DNA of 64,000 nt, taken from Octopus vulgaris. Its lineage: Eukaryota. The DNA is taken from NCBI GenBank assembly GCA_951406725.2, contig OX597838.1, forward strand, positions 35,836,001 to 35,900,000, given 5' to 3'. A program made the position numbers and the translations under genes. A model generated the notes under the pieces. That model did no database searches, had not been told where the DNA came from, and saw only the letters and a program-made list of their open reading frames with translations. Below are positions 1-14,593 of this stretch, piece by piece (position 1 is the first letter of the stretch; the number at the start of each line of letters is the position of its first letter).

Positions 1-984
1 TATGTATATATATACACAGCTGTATGTGTGTGTATGTGCATCTGTTAGTGCACATAGATATACGTATATGTTTAAAGGGATTCAATTCATCCTTCTCATG
101 TATATGAATTTACGCTTCTGGGTCTTCAGTCATGACAACAACAACAACAGCCCTTTGTATGTAAATGAAAAGCAGAAATAAGCAACTTTGTGGAAGAAAA
201 TAGATATTCGCACAATAAAAGTGTGTATTATATGTATATACATCATGTAGGTATATATCATATATATATATATATATATAGATATATATATATATATAAA
301 ATGTATACATATGTATATATATGTATGTATATATTTATACACTATATATATGTGTGTATTTGTGTATATATATGTATATGTGTGTGTATATATATGATGT
401 ATAAGTATAAAAAGTAATTTTCTTGGCCTCAGTTGCAATTCAGTTCTTCTTTGCTTTTTCAATACCAGCTTGCTTGCAAATCACTTTCTCTGTGTGTGTG
501 TGTGTGTATGTGTGTGTGTGTGTGTGTGTGTATGTGTGTGTGTTCTGTCGGTGGGGCAGGGTTCCCATTTAGCAGGGATATTCTGTTTTTACTGTTTTTT
601 TACGTCCGCTTTGTCATTGAGGTTTATTGAGGTCAATCAAATATTACGTGGTTCTTTACACAATGTTAATACCGAGAAATTGTTGTTGTTGTTACTCTTG
701 TTGTCGTTGTTATCGTTATTTATTTATTTATTTATTTTTTTCAATATATTTTCTTATATTTACATATTTACTTATGCCGCTTACTCAACATCTAAATGGA
801 TCTTTCATTAAATGCCTGTTCATGGTGGTTTCTTGGTTCTTATCTGAGGCTACGGTTGTCTTTGAGTATTCGGTTAAAAATTACTACGCACTCTGTTTTT
901 TTTTTTGTGTGTATGTGTACATTTTTAAGGCAACACGCGGGTGTATATACACATCTCCCACACGTATAGACACATATACCCATT

Positions 985-1098
985 ATATTATATAATATAT
1001 GTTCCCAAATACATTATATGCCATATATACATATTTATATATATATGGACACAAATACAATACACATATAATATGCATATTTACACATAATGAGTGCT

Positions 1099-1150
<52 letters not shown>

Positions 1151-1163
1151 CACAAACACACAC

Positions 1164-1202
<39 letters not shown>

Positions 1203-1221
1203 TATATATATATATATATAC

Positions 1222-1289
<68 letters not shown>

Positions 1290-1292
1290 CAT

Positions 1293-1337
<45 letters not shown>

Positions 1338-1370
1338 TATATATATACACATAGATATATACACACACAT

Positions 1371-1402
<32 letters not shown>

Positions 1403-1943
1403 AACACACACATTATATATATATATATATATACACAAACACACACATTATATATATATATACATTATATATATATATACAGACACACATTATATATGTA
1501 TATATATGTTATATATAAATAATGGCTTTTTATTTCTTTTCAACGTCTTGCTAGCTTCACATAAAGCTTTTGATATTCCTTTCTCGTATGAGCTTGGCAA
1601 GAAAACTGATTTGGAATTGTATGTTAAAACAGATATTGTTGCAATTTGCTAAAGTAATATTCGTCATTTACTTTATACACACTGATCTTTATTCAACCTT
1701 TTATTACTTCTTTTTATGTTTTTTTCTTTTGTTTTTCCTTTTTTCTTTTTCTTTTTTTTTGTTTTGCTTATGCTTAATAGTATCTCAGGCTTTCATGTTC
1801 CATCTATATCCTGGTCACAGACACTCCACTTCCCTCATGTGTATTTGTATATATAAACGTGTGTGTGTGTATATCTACATGTGCATATGTATGCGCATGT
1901 ATATGTGTGTGTATATATATATATATATGAATATACATGTATC

Positions 1944-1979
<36 letters not shown>

Positions 1980-2121
1980 TATGCAAGTATGTATATATGC
2001 ATGAATATACATGTATATGCTTATATGTGTATATACATGAGTATGCATGTACATGCATATGTGTATATATATCTCAATAGACATGTGTATATATATATAT
2101 ATATATATGTAAATAGGTGTA

Positions 2122-2190
<69 letters not shown>
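985..2190. repeat. Compound (TA)n/(CA)n/(TG)n microsatellite field
   Basis: Dinucleotide arrays at about 985-1515 and 1860-2190; source of the YIYI ORFs. Confidence 0.95.
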
Positions 2191-2192
<2 letters not shown>

Positions 2193-2671
2193 GCATGTAT
2201 ATTGAAGTACAAGTTGGCTAAGACGAGGAGACACTTGAAAATATGTGCTCTACATAATATTGAAATAAATACATACATATTCATGTACTATGAATGTATT
2301 TATGTATCTATTCGTTTTAATGTATGTGGATTCGTGTATGTGACATTTTGAGTCACTTTTTTGGATTTTGCCATTTTTGCGTATTTTAGTACATTCTCAT
2401 TTTATGCCTTAAGTTTGTTTTCATACTTACTGAGCCCCCTGCTAAAATGCTTTAGACAATGAAATATTATGAAACTTAAACAAAAGTGAAATACCTTTGT
2501 TGTACTTGTGAAATAATCATTTCTATTTGCTGTGTGTAAGTGTGCTTCTCCCCATACATGCTTGTGTGTGTTTATGTCCACTTCTGAATGCCATGCAGTG
2601 GGACAGAACCTGGAACCATGTGAGTGGGAAGCAAGCTTCTTACCACCCAAGGACAGCAATTTTGAAGGCTG

Positions 2672-3058
2672 GGTAAGTCAGTTACAGCAACCCCAGTGTT
2701 CAACTAGTACTTACTTTATCAACCCCGAAAGGATGAAAGGAAAAGCTGACCTTGATGGAATTTGAACTCAGGACATAAAGGCAGAAGAAATGCCACTATG
2801 TATTTTGCCTGGCATGCTAATGATTCTGTCAGCTCACCACCCTAGGGTTTCAAAATTTGGTACAAGGCCAGCAAGTTCAGCGGAGAAGTAAGTCAGTTAC
2901 ATCGACCCCAGTGCTCACTTGGTACTTGTTTTATCAACCCCGAAAGGATGAAAGGAAAATTCAACCTTGGTGGGATTTGAACTCAGAATGTAAAGATGAA
3001 CAAAATGCTGCTAAGCTTTTTGCCCAGCATGCTAATAATTCTGCCAACTCGCTGCCTT
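2672..3058 (-). mobile_element. Two diverged tandem copies of SINE family B
   Basis: Reverse complement of the family B body ('ccccgaaaggatgaaagg..gacc..ggaatttgaactcag') at about 2720-2770 and 2937-2988, each running into the tRNA-like head. Confidence 0.8.
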
Positions 3059-3116
3059 ATACGAATAATAAAATATTGAGAAACAAGTGTAAAAATCACA
3101 GATTTTTAGGCACAAA

Positions 3117-3674
3117 TCTTGCCCAGGATATCAATCGTCTGGAAGCTGTTCAGCGACGTGCAACCAAAAGAATACCCTCCATCAGGCATTTGCCATATTC
3201 TGAACGCCTTACTTCCCTGGGCATGGACACATTGACACTCCGACGTCTGGCAGCTGACTTGGCAGACACCCATAAAATTATCAACCATCGTACAAACAAT
3301 AACTCTGAACACCTTTTCAAACTCCACCCGTCTAACACCCGTGGACATATTTACAAAATCAGAAAACAGCACAGCTCCCATGACTTTATGAAACATTTTT
3401 TCACGCTGAGAGTTGCTGAAGCATGGAACAAACTGCCGGCATCAGTTGTTAGTTGTCGGAGCACTGCATCCTTCAAAACTTCCATGCTTTCTGAGGTTTG
3501 CCAACATTACACCTGATTTTCTCCCCTCCATACACACACAAGCATGTATCTGACTCATACATTGTTCACTTCCCAGACATTTGTACATCACTGCATATAC
3601 TCTATATGCACTTTCTGACAAGTTGTGGTGCACCTGAGCACTGTATACAATAATTTCATCATTATTATTATTAT
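3117..3674 (+). mobile_element. 5'-truncated CR1-clade LINE (ORF2 C-terminus, 3' UTR, (ATT)n tail)
   Basis: ORF 2857-3516 contains DINRLEAVQRRATKRIP..Y.ERL..L....L..RRL.ADL, TRGH, FFTLRV..AWNKLP and FK, typical of the CR1 ORF2 end; (att)n tail at about 3660-3674. Confidence 0.9.
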
Positions 3675-4031
3675 AAATTTATGAAGATTGCTTATGGTAG
3701 TTGCATTGGCAGGAGTCACACCATCTCATTATATCTTGTTCTCCAGTGCAAATAACCAACACCTGATATGTCTATTACATTAATTAATGATTGTGTTACC
3801 TTTAAGAAACATTTTTAATTATCTAAATGATAATTCTCCTGGAAAGATTAAAAGAATGTTAAACTTTCATTCACCTGTTAGCTATTCGAGTGGATGACAA
3901 TAAAACCTTTGGGATTAATGTGCTACACTGGTGGCTAATCACAGTAACAAAAAAACATCACAGCCAAAAATACAAGACTTACATCCTGTATGACAATTCA
4001 CCTGAACAAGTTATAAACAGCCATACAGGTG

Positions 4032-4236
4032 GAGTAAACATAACATGGCAGTCCAGATTTAGGATGAACATTGCTGTAATTTAGCCCCGGGTGACATCAT
4101 CTCCAGCTGCCTGTATGACACAATCTGTGTCCTTATATTTTCAGATCTTGTCGTATAGCCAGCTGGAGACAATGTCTCCTGGCACTAAATTACAGCAACA
4201 TTCGTCCTAAACCAGGACTGCCATGTTATGTTACTC
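4032..4236. mobile_element. Fold-back (palindromic) MITE-like element
   Basis: About 95-bp imperfect inverted arms (gagtaaacataacatggcagtcc... / ...ggactgccatgttatgttactc) around a short spacer. Confidence 0.75.
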
Positions 4237-4447
4237 TTTTACTCTTTTACTCATTTCAGTCATTTGACTGCAGCCATGCTGGAGCACCGCCTTTAGTCGA
4301 GTAACTCGACCCCGGGACTTATTCTTTGTAAGCCCAGTACTTATTCTATCGGTTTCTTTTGCCAAACCGCTAAGTGACGGGGACGTAAACACACCAGCAT
4401 CAGTTGTCAAGCAATGCTAGAGGGACAAACACAGACACACAAACATA
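4231..4447 (-). mobile_element. SINE family A, 3' half
   Basis: Reverse complement of the family A tail (tactcttttactc..tttcagtcatttgactgcagccatgctggagcaccgcc). Confidence 0.9.
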
Positions 4448-4646
4448 TATCGTTGCTGAATATCTCTCATTGTGAGATTGAAAGATAGTAATTTTCTAAG
4501 CCATACAGTTGATGTGGAAAAAGATGAAGTTGAAATATGATACTCGTACATTGTAGTTTATGCATGATAGATTTATAGTTTCATACCTTATTCCAGCATG
4601 GTGTCAAAAATTTGTAGTTAGATATATGAAATATCTTTCAGTATAT

Positions 4647-4857
4647 AGGTGCAAGTGTAGCTGTGTGGTAAGATGCTTGCTTCCCAGCCACATGGTTCCA
4701 GGTTCAGTCCCACTGTGTGGCACCTTGGGCAAGTGTCTTCTTCTATAACCTCAGGTCAACCAAAACCTTGTGAGTGGATTTGGTCGAGAGAAACTGAAAG
4801 AAGCCCGTCATGTGTGTGTGTATATATATATATATATCTGTGTGTGTCTTTGCCCGT

Positions 4858-4910
<53 letters not shown>

Positions 4911-5335
4911 CTTTGTGTCTCTTTTTGTCCCCCACCATCATGTGACAACCGACGTTGGTGTGCTTATGTCCCCAAAACTGAGCAGTTCGGCAAAAGAGAC
5001 CAATAGAATAAATACTAGGCTTACAAAAGAATTAGTCCTGGGCTCGAATTCTTTTACTAAAAATCCCTTTAACCCTTTCGTTACTGTATTTATTTTGAGA
5101 TACTCTGTTTTTCTTTCAATTACTTTAAATATAACAAAGAATTTAGTAAAATAACTTAGTTATCATTAAGCTAGTGTTAGGAACATAAATTGTGACTAAG
5201 GTTTGGTGGAAGATTTTATTTTGAAACTTATGAAAATTAGACATTTGTACTTAGAGCCAGAGCAGGTTTCAGCCGGGTTGGTAATGAAAGGGTTAAGGTA
5301 GTGTTCCAGAATGGCCACAGTCAAATGACTGGAAT
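4647..5335 (+). mobile_element. SINE family A (tRNA-derived, CORE-like), interrupted by a piggyBac MITE
   Basis: Head 'gctgtgtggtaag..ggttcagtcccactg.gtggcaccttgggcaagtgtctt', internal (TA/TG)n, tail resumes after 5296. Confidence 0.85.
5073..5292. mobile_element. piggyBac-type MITE
   Basis: TTAA at 5069-5072 and 5293-5296; TIRs CCCTTTCGTTAC / GTAATGAAAGGG; two more copies at 57.1-57.6 kb. Confidence 0.9.
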
Positions 5336-5519
5336 GTGGGTGCATCCAATGGAAGAGTGCATTTTATACACTGGTAAATAAGGTGGTGCATATATAAGGA
5401 AAACTTGATCAGTCATCATTATTTTAAATTAGATTTGCATATCTGTTATAATGAGGGTGGTGACGTTGGGCAGTGGCTGGTGTTTGCTTTGCTGAAGAAT
5501 TTCCTCCTTTGTAATTCTA

Positions 5520-6761
5520 TTAAGTTGTTCCAAAAATAATGACTGCTCTAAGGGTTGTGTTTTGAAACACAATTTTATCATAGTATTTTAATTATATTTT
5601 AGGTGAATTTCAACATACTTAATAATTAATGTATGCTCTTTAATAATTTTTTACTTATTTCAGGCAGAAGACATTCTTAATTATGGCACCCTTAATTATG
5701 AACATGACGAAAAAGGACCTTTGCTTACTTTTCTTGCATGAGTTCAAGCTTGAGCACAATGCCTCCCAAACTGCTGCTGATATCAACAGAGCATGGGGAG
5801 AAGGGTCCACAGGTTATTGCACAGTACAAAGGGGGTTTCAGAAATTCTGTAGTGGTGATGAGAGCCTTGAGGATGAAGAAGGTAGAGGACGGTCATGTAG
5901 TCTTGACAACGAACAATTGAAAGCAATTGTTGAACAAAACCCACATCAAAGTGTCAGAGAAATGTCTCAGGAATTTGGTGTCGGTATTACAATAGTCTCG
6001 CACAACCTGCAGAAAATCGGTAGGGTGGGAAAGTTCGATAAGTGGGTACCACATGAGCTCAATGAAAATCAAAAAGTTCAGCATTTTGAAGCATGCTTGA
6101 TGTTCTTTCTGTGAAACACCAATGATCCTTTTCTTGACCAAATAGTCACTTGTGATGAAAAGTGGATCCTTTATGATTACCCTAAATGATCAGGTCAATG
6201 GCTTGATTGTGATGAGTCCCCCAAACATTTCCCAAAGCCAAGGTTGTATCAGCAAAAGATTATGGTGACTGTCTGGTGGTCTGCGATTGGTGTTGTCAAT
6301 TACAACTTTCTGGAAGCCAGTCAGAGCATTACAGCAGAGGTTTACTGCAATCATATCACTGAAATGCATGCTCAATTGCAAAAAATGAGACCTGCATTGG
6401 GGAATTGGTGTGGCCCAGTTCTGCTCCATGATAATGCAAAGCCACATGTTGCAAGAATGACGCTGCAGAAACTCACAGACTTGGGATAAGAGACTTATCT
6501 TTCATTCACTCACTACCATTTTTTAAAGCATTTAAACACGTTTTTAAGTGATAAAACTTTCAAGTCCAAACCAGAGGTGAAATCAGCTTTCAAAGATTTC
6601 TGAGCACCAAAACCAATAATTTTTTATCAATGAGGCATAATCTCATTGATTGATGGCAGAGATGCATTGATGTTCACGGCTCATACTTTGACTAATCAAA
6701 ATATTTCTATTCTCTTTTACAAATTTTTCTGAAATCAGCCATTATTTTTGAGACAACCTAA
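5520..6761 (+). mobile_element. Full-length decayed mariner DNA transposon (about 1.24 kb)
   Basis: TA | TTAAGTTGTTCCAAAAATAATGACTG ... CAGCCATTATTTTTGAGACAACCTAA | TA, with an internal transposase remnant. Confidence 0.93.
5698..6693 (+). pseudogene. Mariner transposase pseudogene (stops and a deletion)
   Basis: ORFs 5683-6114 and 6244-6489 plus the intervening frame give the HTH region (INRAWGEG..SLEDEEGRGR), WVPHEL, VTCDEKW, MVTVWW, HDNAKPHV and terminal YFD*; the YSPDL region is deleted. Confidence 0.92.
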
Positions 6762-6853
6762 TACCTTACCAGATGACTTTTAGGTGCTTCCATAGATATT
6801 TTTGATAAAATGTTTCCACCTATGCTGTAAGTTTCCATAACATATATCTACAT

Positions 6854-7072
6854 CAGTGGTTTTCAACCAGGGTTCTGCAGAACCGTAGGGTTCCGCCAGT
6901 ACAGCCCAGGGGTTCCGCAAGAAGTTACAAAAATGCTAAAATCGGCAGTAATTTTTAATTCTCCTGTGCAGATATGTGTGTATAAGACTATTAAATTATT
7001 GCACAGGGGTTCCTCAAGCCAGTGGAATGTTTCCTTGGGGTTCCGCTCCAGCAAAAAGGTTGAAAAGCACTG
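6854..7072. mobile_element. hAT (Charlie-like) MITE
   Basis: TIRs CAGTGGTTTTCAACC / GGTTGAAAAGCACTG; perfect 8-bp TSD ATCTACAT (6846-6853, 7073-7080). Confidence 0.93.
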
Positions 7073-7332
7073 ATCTACATTTAAGGTATCAGTGTCCAGA
7101 AGATGTGGATCTCTTCATGGTTTGGCTATAGTAAAAGACTCCGAGGAGCCATGCAGCGGAACTGAACCCGGAACTGTGTGGCAGGAAAGCAAGTTTCTTA
7201 CCACACAGCCAGCCATGCTTTTCATCCTTTCTACTGTTTACTATCCGACAGGAAGGGCATCCAGTTGTAGAAGTTCTGTCTTAACACAAAATTCTTGTCC
7301 AACCCGTGTTGAGGCAGGGAAAAGTCGACATA

Positions 7333-7392
<60 letters not shown>

Positions 7393-7764
7393 TATGTACC
7401 CCCACCCCCACTTCATAACCCCCCTACTTTTGTATGACATGCTTTCATATTGTATGTATGAGTCCTTGAGGCCAATAACGAAAGAATTATTATTAATTTC
7501 TCTGTATTATGTATCGTTATCGTTATTATTATTGTTAGCGTTGTTGTTGTTATTGTGATGAAAATTAATTTTTCATTGCTATTTATATTGTTGTTATATT
7601 ATTTACTATTATTGTGTTGTTGCATTTTTGAAGGCTCACGAAAGTTGAGGGGAGGAGGAGGAGGGGAGACCTACAGCTACACCTCATACACATACACATA
7701 CGCAATAGAGAGAGAGAGAGAGCACAAGAGAAGAGGGAAATGGTTGTTTGGTATATCTGATTAC

Positions 7765-7830
<66 letters not shown>

Positions 7831-7836
7831 CATATA

Positions 7837-7867
<31 letters not shown>

Positions 7868-7869
7868 CC

Positions 7870-8647
7870 TGATATGGCCGATCTGGGCTGTATCAGTGAT
7901 GTCAACCCCCAACACACTATATCGGACATAACGTTTAGTGCCCCTGATGTCTTAGCGGCGATAAACGATAATTCAGCAGTAGGCCCCGATAGGTTCCCTG
8001 CTTGTGTCCTGAAGGTGTGTCGATACCAACTTGCATAATCTGTGGAGAAACTCACTGGATGCTGGCTATATTCCAAAAAACCTTCTGTCCCAGTCTGTTG
8101 TCCCAGTTTTCAAAAGGGAAACAAGTCCCTTGCAGTGAATTACAGTCCGATCTCATCACCTCTCATATCATCAAGGTATTTGAGAGGGTGGTGAGATCTC
8201 AAATAACCCAATTTCTGGAAAGCAACAGACGGCTGATCTCCAACCAACATGGGTTCCGTAATGGAAGGGACTGCCTAACGCAGCTCCTGCATCACTTTGA
8301 GGACATTTTGAGAGCTTTGGGAGAGGGCAACACCGATGTCATCTACCTTGATTTCAGTAAGGCCTTCGACAGGGTCGATACAAGATCCTATTGAAAAACT
8401 ATAACATTGGTGTCTCTGGAAAGTTACTGAAATGGATTAAGTGTTTCCTGACAGACAGATCTCAACATGTTGTAGTTACAGAAAATCAAGCCCAGCCAAA
8501 GTATATATATATATATATATAATGACATCATATAAAAATCTTTGCAGATGACTCCAAGCACAGAAGGTCATAAATGATGACCGGATATATCTACTGGCTG
8601 TTATATACAATATATATATATCCACTTTGGATAAGAGGATGCCCTGA

Positions 8648-8697
<50 letters not shown>

Positions 8698-9233
8698 TTC
8701 TCTTCTACTTTTGCCCGACCCCACCTTGATACTACTGTGGTCTCCCCATATATACAAAAGATAGATGGCATGACAGGCCTATATTGGGGTCGACTAGAAA
8801 AGCTAAAACTCTATTCTCTCCAACGTCGTCGTGAGCGCTACATATCTGCATGATGTGGAAAATATTCCATCAGCATTGCCCAAATGATGTTGGCATCACC
8901 TTTAAGGTATTGGGCCCCGTGCCATCCCCTAAAACAAAATACTATCTCATAACAACAATACGGCACAATTATTTCACCTCACTGGCCCCGCTCTCTTAAC
9001 ATTACACCAAAACACATTAAAACAGAAACTGACCCTATAGGGTTCAAGAAGTTTTGACAGATTCCTTCAAGAAATCCCGGATAAACCCCCTACACCCGGA
9101 TATGCCTCTGTAAACAATAACCTCTACTAGTGGGCCATAGTGCCCAAATTCTGACTATTCACCAGGTGGTGCTATTAAGTTAGACATGGCCTGGGCCAAT
9201 AATGGCCGAAACCTATATATCAAAGTATCAAAG
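7870..9233 (+). mobile_element. CR1-clade LINE RT fragment, heavily deleted or garbled
   Basis: Motifs SAVGPD.FPACVLK, TSHIIKVFERVV, QHGFRNGRDCLTQLL, DVIYLDFSKAFDRVD, IFADDSK (about 8538-8558) and LKLYSLQRRRERY; tail (atcaaagt)2. Confidence 0.88.
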
Positions 9234-9935
<702 letters not shown>

Positions 9936-10264
9936 CATTATCTCTCTGCCCCCTTATTCACTCTTATTTGCCTTCACCTCTCCTCACCGCCACCACCAGG
10001 GGTAGAACAGGATTTTTTATTTTTATTTTTATTTTCTTTTTCCTTTTGTTTTTCTTTTTTTTCTTTTTTTTTCCGTCTGTAAATGTCTCTTAATAAGCAT
10101 TAGCCAGGGAACACTGAAACCAGTGTAACCCTCCCTGCGGGTTTCTAAACGATTTTATTCGTCTTCAAAACCATTGAGGGCATTTTATAGATCGGTTCCG
10201 ACAGGCAGGCATCAATTAATTGACATTGTTTATTGGATTTTATTGGCTACTATTGCTGCTGCTG

Positions 10265-10303
<39 letters not shown>

Positions 10304-10479
10304 TGACTACAACTACTACTGTTACTACTACTACTGTTGCTGCTATTGTCATCAGTAGTAGCAGTGGTGGAGGTAGTGGTTGCAGTGGTGGTGGTGGTAG
10401 TAATAATGGTAAATATCTCAAAACTTAGCTTAAGCTTCAGAGAGGGTGAGAGGGAGAAGTAGAGTGAGAGAAAGGGGAG

Positions 10480-10515
<36 letters not shown>

Positions 10516-10544
10516 AAGAAAGAGAGAGACAGAGTCTCTGAGTA

Positions 10545-11612
10545 TAAGTGTGTGTCTGTTGTGCCATGTCATGTTTGTATGTGTGTATGTATGAATGTAC
10601 TTGCAAATGTAAGTTCACACCTGACTCTGTGTGTGTGGGTGTGCGTGCATGTGTGTGTGTTCGTGTGTGTGTGTGCACGCGTGTGTGTGTGCGTGTGTGT
10701 GAGTGCGTGTGAGCCTGTGTGTGTTCTTGTGTTCGTGTGTGTGTGTACGTGTGTGTGTATGTGTGTTCGTGTGTGTGTGTGTGTGTGTGTGTGTGTTCGT
10801 GTGTGTGTGTGTTTGTGCGCGTGCGTTTGTGCGTGTGCATGTGTGTGTGTGTGTGTGTGTACTTAAGTGTCAGGTTGTGCCTGTGTTTATTACTGATGTG
10901 TATGTGTGTATGTGTTAGTTGTGTGTATGTGTAAATACATACATGCAAGTGTGTATGTGATTTGTGTGCAAGTATAAGCATGCGTGTGTGTGTATGTGTG
11001 TGTGTGTTTATGTATGTATATTCTTGAGGCGGTACAAGTGTGTATATCCTTGCAGTTATGTGTGCATGTGTCAATACAAATATGTATATGTTTGCATCTA
11101 TGTGCGACCCCTGTTTGTGTGTATGAATGTGTATGCGCATGCAAGTGTGCACATCTCTGTATACCTGTGTGTATGGTAGCAGTTGTGTGGCTCCCCCCCC
11201 CCACAAATTGTGTGTGTGTATGCAAATATACCTGTATATGTCGCTGGGAGTATGTGTGTGTGTGAGTGCATGTGGTGTGCAAACATGTATATGTATGCTT
11301 GTGTGTGTGTATGCAAATATACCTGTACGTGTCGCTGGGAGTATGTGTGTGTGTGAGTGCATGTGGTGTGCAAACATGTATATGTATGCTTGTGTGTGTG
11401 TATGCAAATATACCTGTATGTGTCGCTGGGTGTATGTGTGTATTTGAGTGCATGTGGTGTGCATACATGTATGTGTATGCCCTTCATGTGTGCGTGTGTG
11501 TGTGTGTGTGTATGCAAATATACCTGTATGTGTCGCTGGGTGTATGTGTTTGTGAGTGCATGTGATGTGCATACATGTATGTGTATGCCCTTCATGTGTG
11601 TGTATGCCCTTC

Positions 11613-11640
<28 letters not shown>
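10545..11640. repeat. (GT)n-rich low-complexity tract including a ~91-bp minisatellite (about 4 copies, 11210-11600)
   Basis: 'tgcaaatatacctgta.gtgtcgctggg' recurs at 11221, 11312, 11403 and 11513. Confidence 0.9.
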
Positions 11641-11643
<3 letters not shown>

Positions 11644-11740
11644 TGGTGCTTACATCTAAAGCCATAGCTCCATAAACCTGTCTGTCAGCTCAGTGTATCC
11701 AGAGTAAATAATCTCCAAAGAAGGATTTAGCAACGAATAT

Positions 11741-11840
11741 NNNNNNNNNNNNNNNNNNNNNNNNNNNNNNNNNNNNNNNNNNNNNNNNNNNNNNNNNNNN
11801 NNNNNNNNNNNNNNNNNNNNNNNNNNNNNNNNNNNNNNNN
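11741..11840. other. Assembly gap (100 N)
   Basis: Run of n. Confidence 1.
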
Positions 11841-11847
11841 TATGTAT

Positions 11848-12488
11848 ATATGAGTGGCTACTGAAAAGAGAGTTGCTGGCTTTGAATAAAAGAAAATGCA
11901 GGAGGTTCAATTAATCATGATTTTATTTAACATAGTCCCTTCTCAGATACTCACACACCTATTGCAGCAGCCCTTCAGTTTTTCTAAACCCTGTAAAAGA
12001 ACTCGGAAGGTTGGGCTGATAAGGGTACACCAGGCACATGCATCACAACCATATGTGCGTGACATGGTGATCTCATATCAAGATAAACAGCACATAACCT
12101 TGCAGGTGGAGCCCAGTTAGAAATTTCTTCTGGTCGAGTAACCCATCCCACTCAAAAGGTCCCTGAATAAGGGTTGTTTAAGGATGTTGAACAAAACACC
12201 CATGTTTCCAGAGGTGAATTATTCAAACCCCCAAGAATTCCTCTCAACACATGGCTATGATGCTCCCCAACTACTTCTACTCATGATCAGAGATGCACAT
12301 ATCATCAGCCACTAAGGGACATGGTCAACTGGTTAAAGTCAAACAACTGACAAGCAAATCTGTGGTATTGAGCAGAATATTTGCTGTAGCCCATCTTTTA
12401 TACCAAGACAAAACAATGTACATGATAACACTTCCAATCAGTTAAGATCAGAAGCCATGAGAGCCACTGCCTGGTACTGCATCAGGGC

Positions 12489-12546
<58 letters not shown>

Positions 12547-12925
12547 ATCATTATTATTAAGGCAGTGAGCCAATAGAATCAGTATTTCAACTTGACATTC
12601 TGAGTTCAAATGACTCCAGGATCAACTTTTCCCTTTTAATCTTTTGGAGTTGATGAAATGAGTACCAGTTGAGCACCGGAGGGGAGAGGATGAGAAGGAT
12701 GAGTGGGAGGGGGGGAAGGAGGAGGAAAGGAGGAGGAGGAGGAGGAGGAGGAGGAGGAGACCCCCTTCAGTCATGAATGACCACGGGATTGCACCTAGAA
12801 AGTTACCCTCCGAGGCACAAGTCCGGGCATGGTTGTTTGTGGAAGGCCAACAATCGCCCATGCATACCAGCCTACCCTCTCCACACTACTGATGTTATCC
12901 AGGAACCTTTCAGCACCATCTTGCA
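11848..12925. mobile_element. Mariner-type MITE split by an inserted inverted duplication
   Basis: 11848-12016 matches the left part of the intact MITE at 23685-23977; its right end 'ccaggaacctttcagcacc' resumes at about 12899-12925. Confidence 0.7.
12017..12903 (-). repeat. Inverted local duplicate of 15134-15995 (part of SINE C + decayed SINE B + part of repeat F)
   Basis: Continuous reverse-complement identity across three element junctions, with shared private mutations. Confidence 0.92.
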
Positions 12926-13101
12926 ATACTCACATGCAGGCACACAGAGGAAAGGGTTTTTTTTTCTGAGTTTCTATTAAATTCTACTCAGAAAGTATTA
13001 GTCAGCCTGAGGCAATAATAATAATAATAATAATCCTTTCTACTGAAGGCACAAGGCCTTGAAATTTCGGAGGAGGGGACTCGTCGATTACATCAACCCA
13101 T

Positions 13102-13334
13102 AAGGCGGTGAGCTGGCAGAATCGTTAGCACACCGGGTGAAATGCGTAGCCGTATTTCGTCTGCCATTATGTTCTGAGTTCAAATTCCGCCGAGGTCGAC
13201 TTTGCCTTTCATCCTTTTGGAGTCGATAAATTAAGTACCAGTTACGCACTGGGGTCGATGTAATCGACTTAATCCGTTTGTCTGTCCTTGTTTGTCCCAT
13301 CTGTGTTTAGCCCCTTGTGGGTAGTAAAGAAATA
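13102..13334 (+). mobile_element. SINE family B (tRNA-derived) nested in an older minus-strand B copy (about 13030-13450)
   Basis: Head 'ggcggtgagctggcagaatcgttagc', B-box 'gagttcaaattcc'; 15-bp TSD gattacatcaaccca (13086-13100, 13335-13349). Confidence 0.9.
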
Positions 13335-13466
13335 GATTACATCAACCCAGTGTTTCACTGGTACTTAATTTATTGATCCCGAAAGGATGAAAGCAATGTT
13401 GACCTCAGTGGAATTGAACTCAGAACATTGCAGCAGATGAAATATCCTTAAGGATTTTTCCCTGTC

Positions 13467-13877
13467 TACTTTACTCTTTTACTTATTTCAGTCATTTGAC
13501 TGCGGCCATGCTGGAGCACCGCCTTTAGTCGAGCAAATCGACCCCTGGGACTTATTCTTTTGTAAGCCCAGTACTTATTCTATTGGACTCTTTGCCGAAC
13601 CGCTAAGTAACGGGGACGTAAACACACCAGCATCGGTTGTCAAGCAATGCTAGGGGGACAAACACTGACACACAAACATACATACACACATATATATATA
13701 TATATACATATATACGACGGGCTTCTTTCAGTTTCCGTCTACCAAATCCACTCACAAGGCTTTGGTCGGCCCAAGGCTACAGCAGAAGACACTTGCTCAA
13801 GATGCCACGCAGTGGGACTGAACCCGGAACTATGTGGTTGGTAAGCAGACTACTTACCACACAGCCACTCCTGTGCC
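13467..13877 (-). mobile_element. SINE family A, full length
   Basis: Reverse complement of the complete family A unit. Confidence 0.93.
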
Positions 13878-13881
13878 TTCT

Positions 13882-13912
<31 letters not shown>

Positions 13913-14562
13913 TAATAATAAAAGACTTAATCAAGGTGGATGGTGCATGCATACAGTGGAATACAAGTCAGAACCGTAACACTACCAAGCATACTCAATA
14001 ACCATTAAGCTATTGTCTATATTTTTCATTTTGTTTTTCCATGTCAATTTTAAAAAAAAACCATCTACCTATTGTTTATCCATGTGTGCATATGTGTGTG
14101 TGTGTGTGTGTTATTTTGTATGTGTATGTTGGTGAATACATGTGTGTGTGTGTGGATTTATAATTTTAGTAATATATATGCAAAGTAGAAACGAACAATT
14201 CCTGATTTTAAGCATTTATAAAAATAACCACCAGTCACTGATGCCACATTTACTATTATTATCCAAATAGATATGTACATTTTTTTTTCTGTGGGTATTA
14301 AATGACTTTGTGCACATTGCATGTGTGTGTGTGTATTTATATATGTATGGTTATGTATAGATGTGTATGCTTAGAAATATGCGAGTGAATTTGTTTGGAA
14401 TATATGTGCATACGCATATATTCATCAGTGTGTATGTATATGTGTGTCAACTTGAAAGAGAGATGTTAAAAGATGATACACACACACATATGTATGTGTG
14501 TGTGTGTGTTTGAGTATATATTTGTATGTTTATGCACATACATATATCTGTACAAATATAAC

Positions 14563-14593
<31 letters not shown>

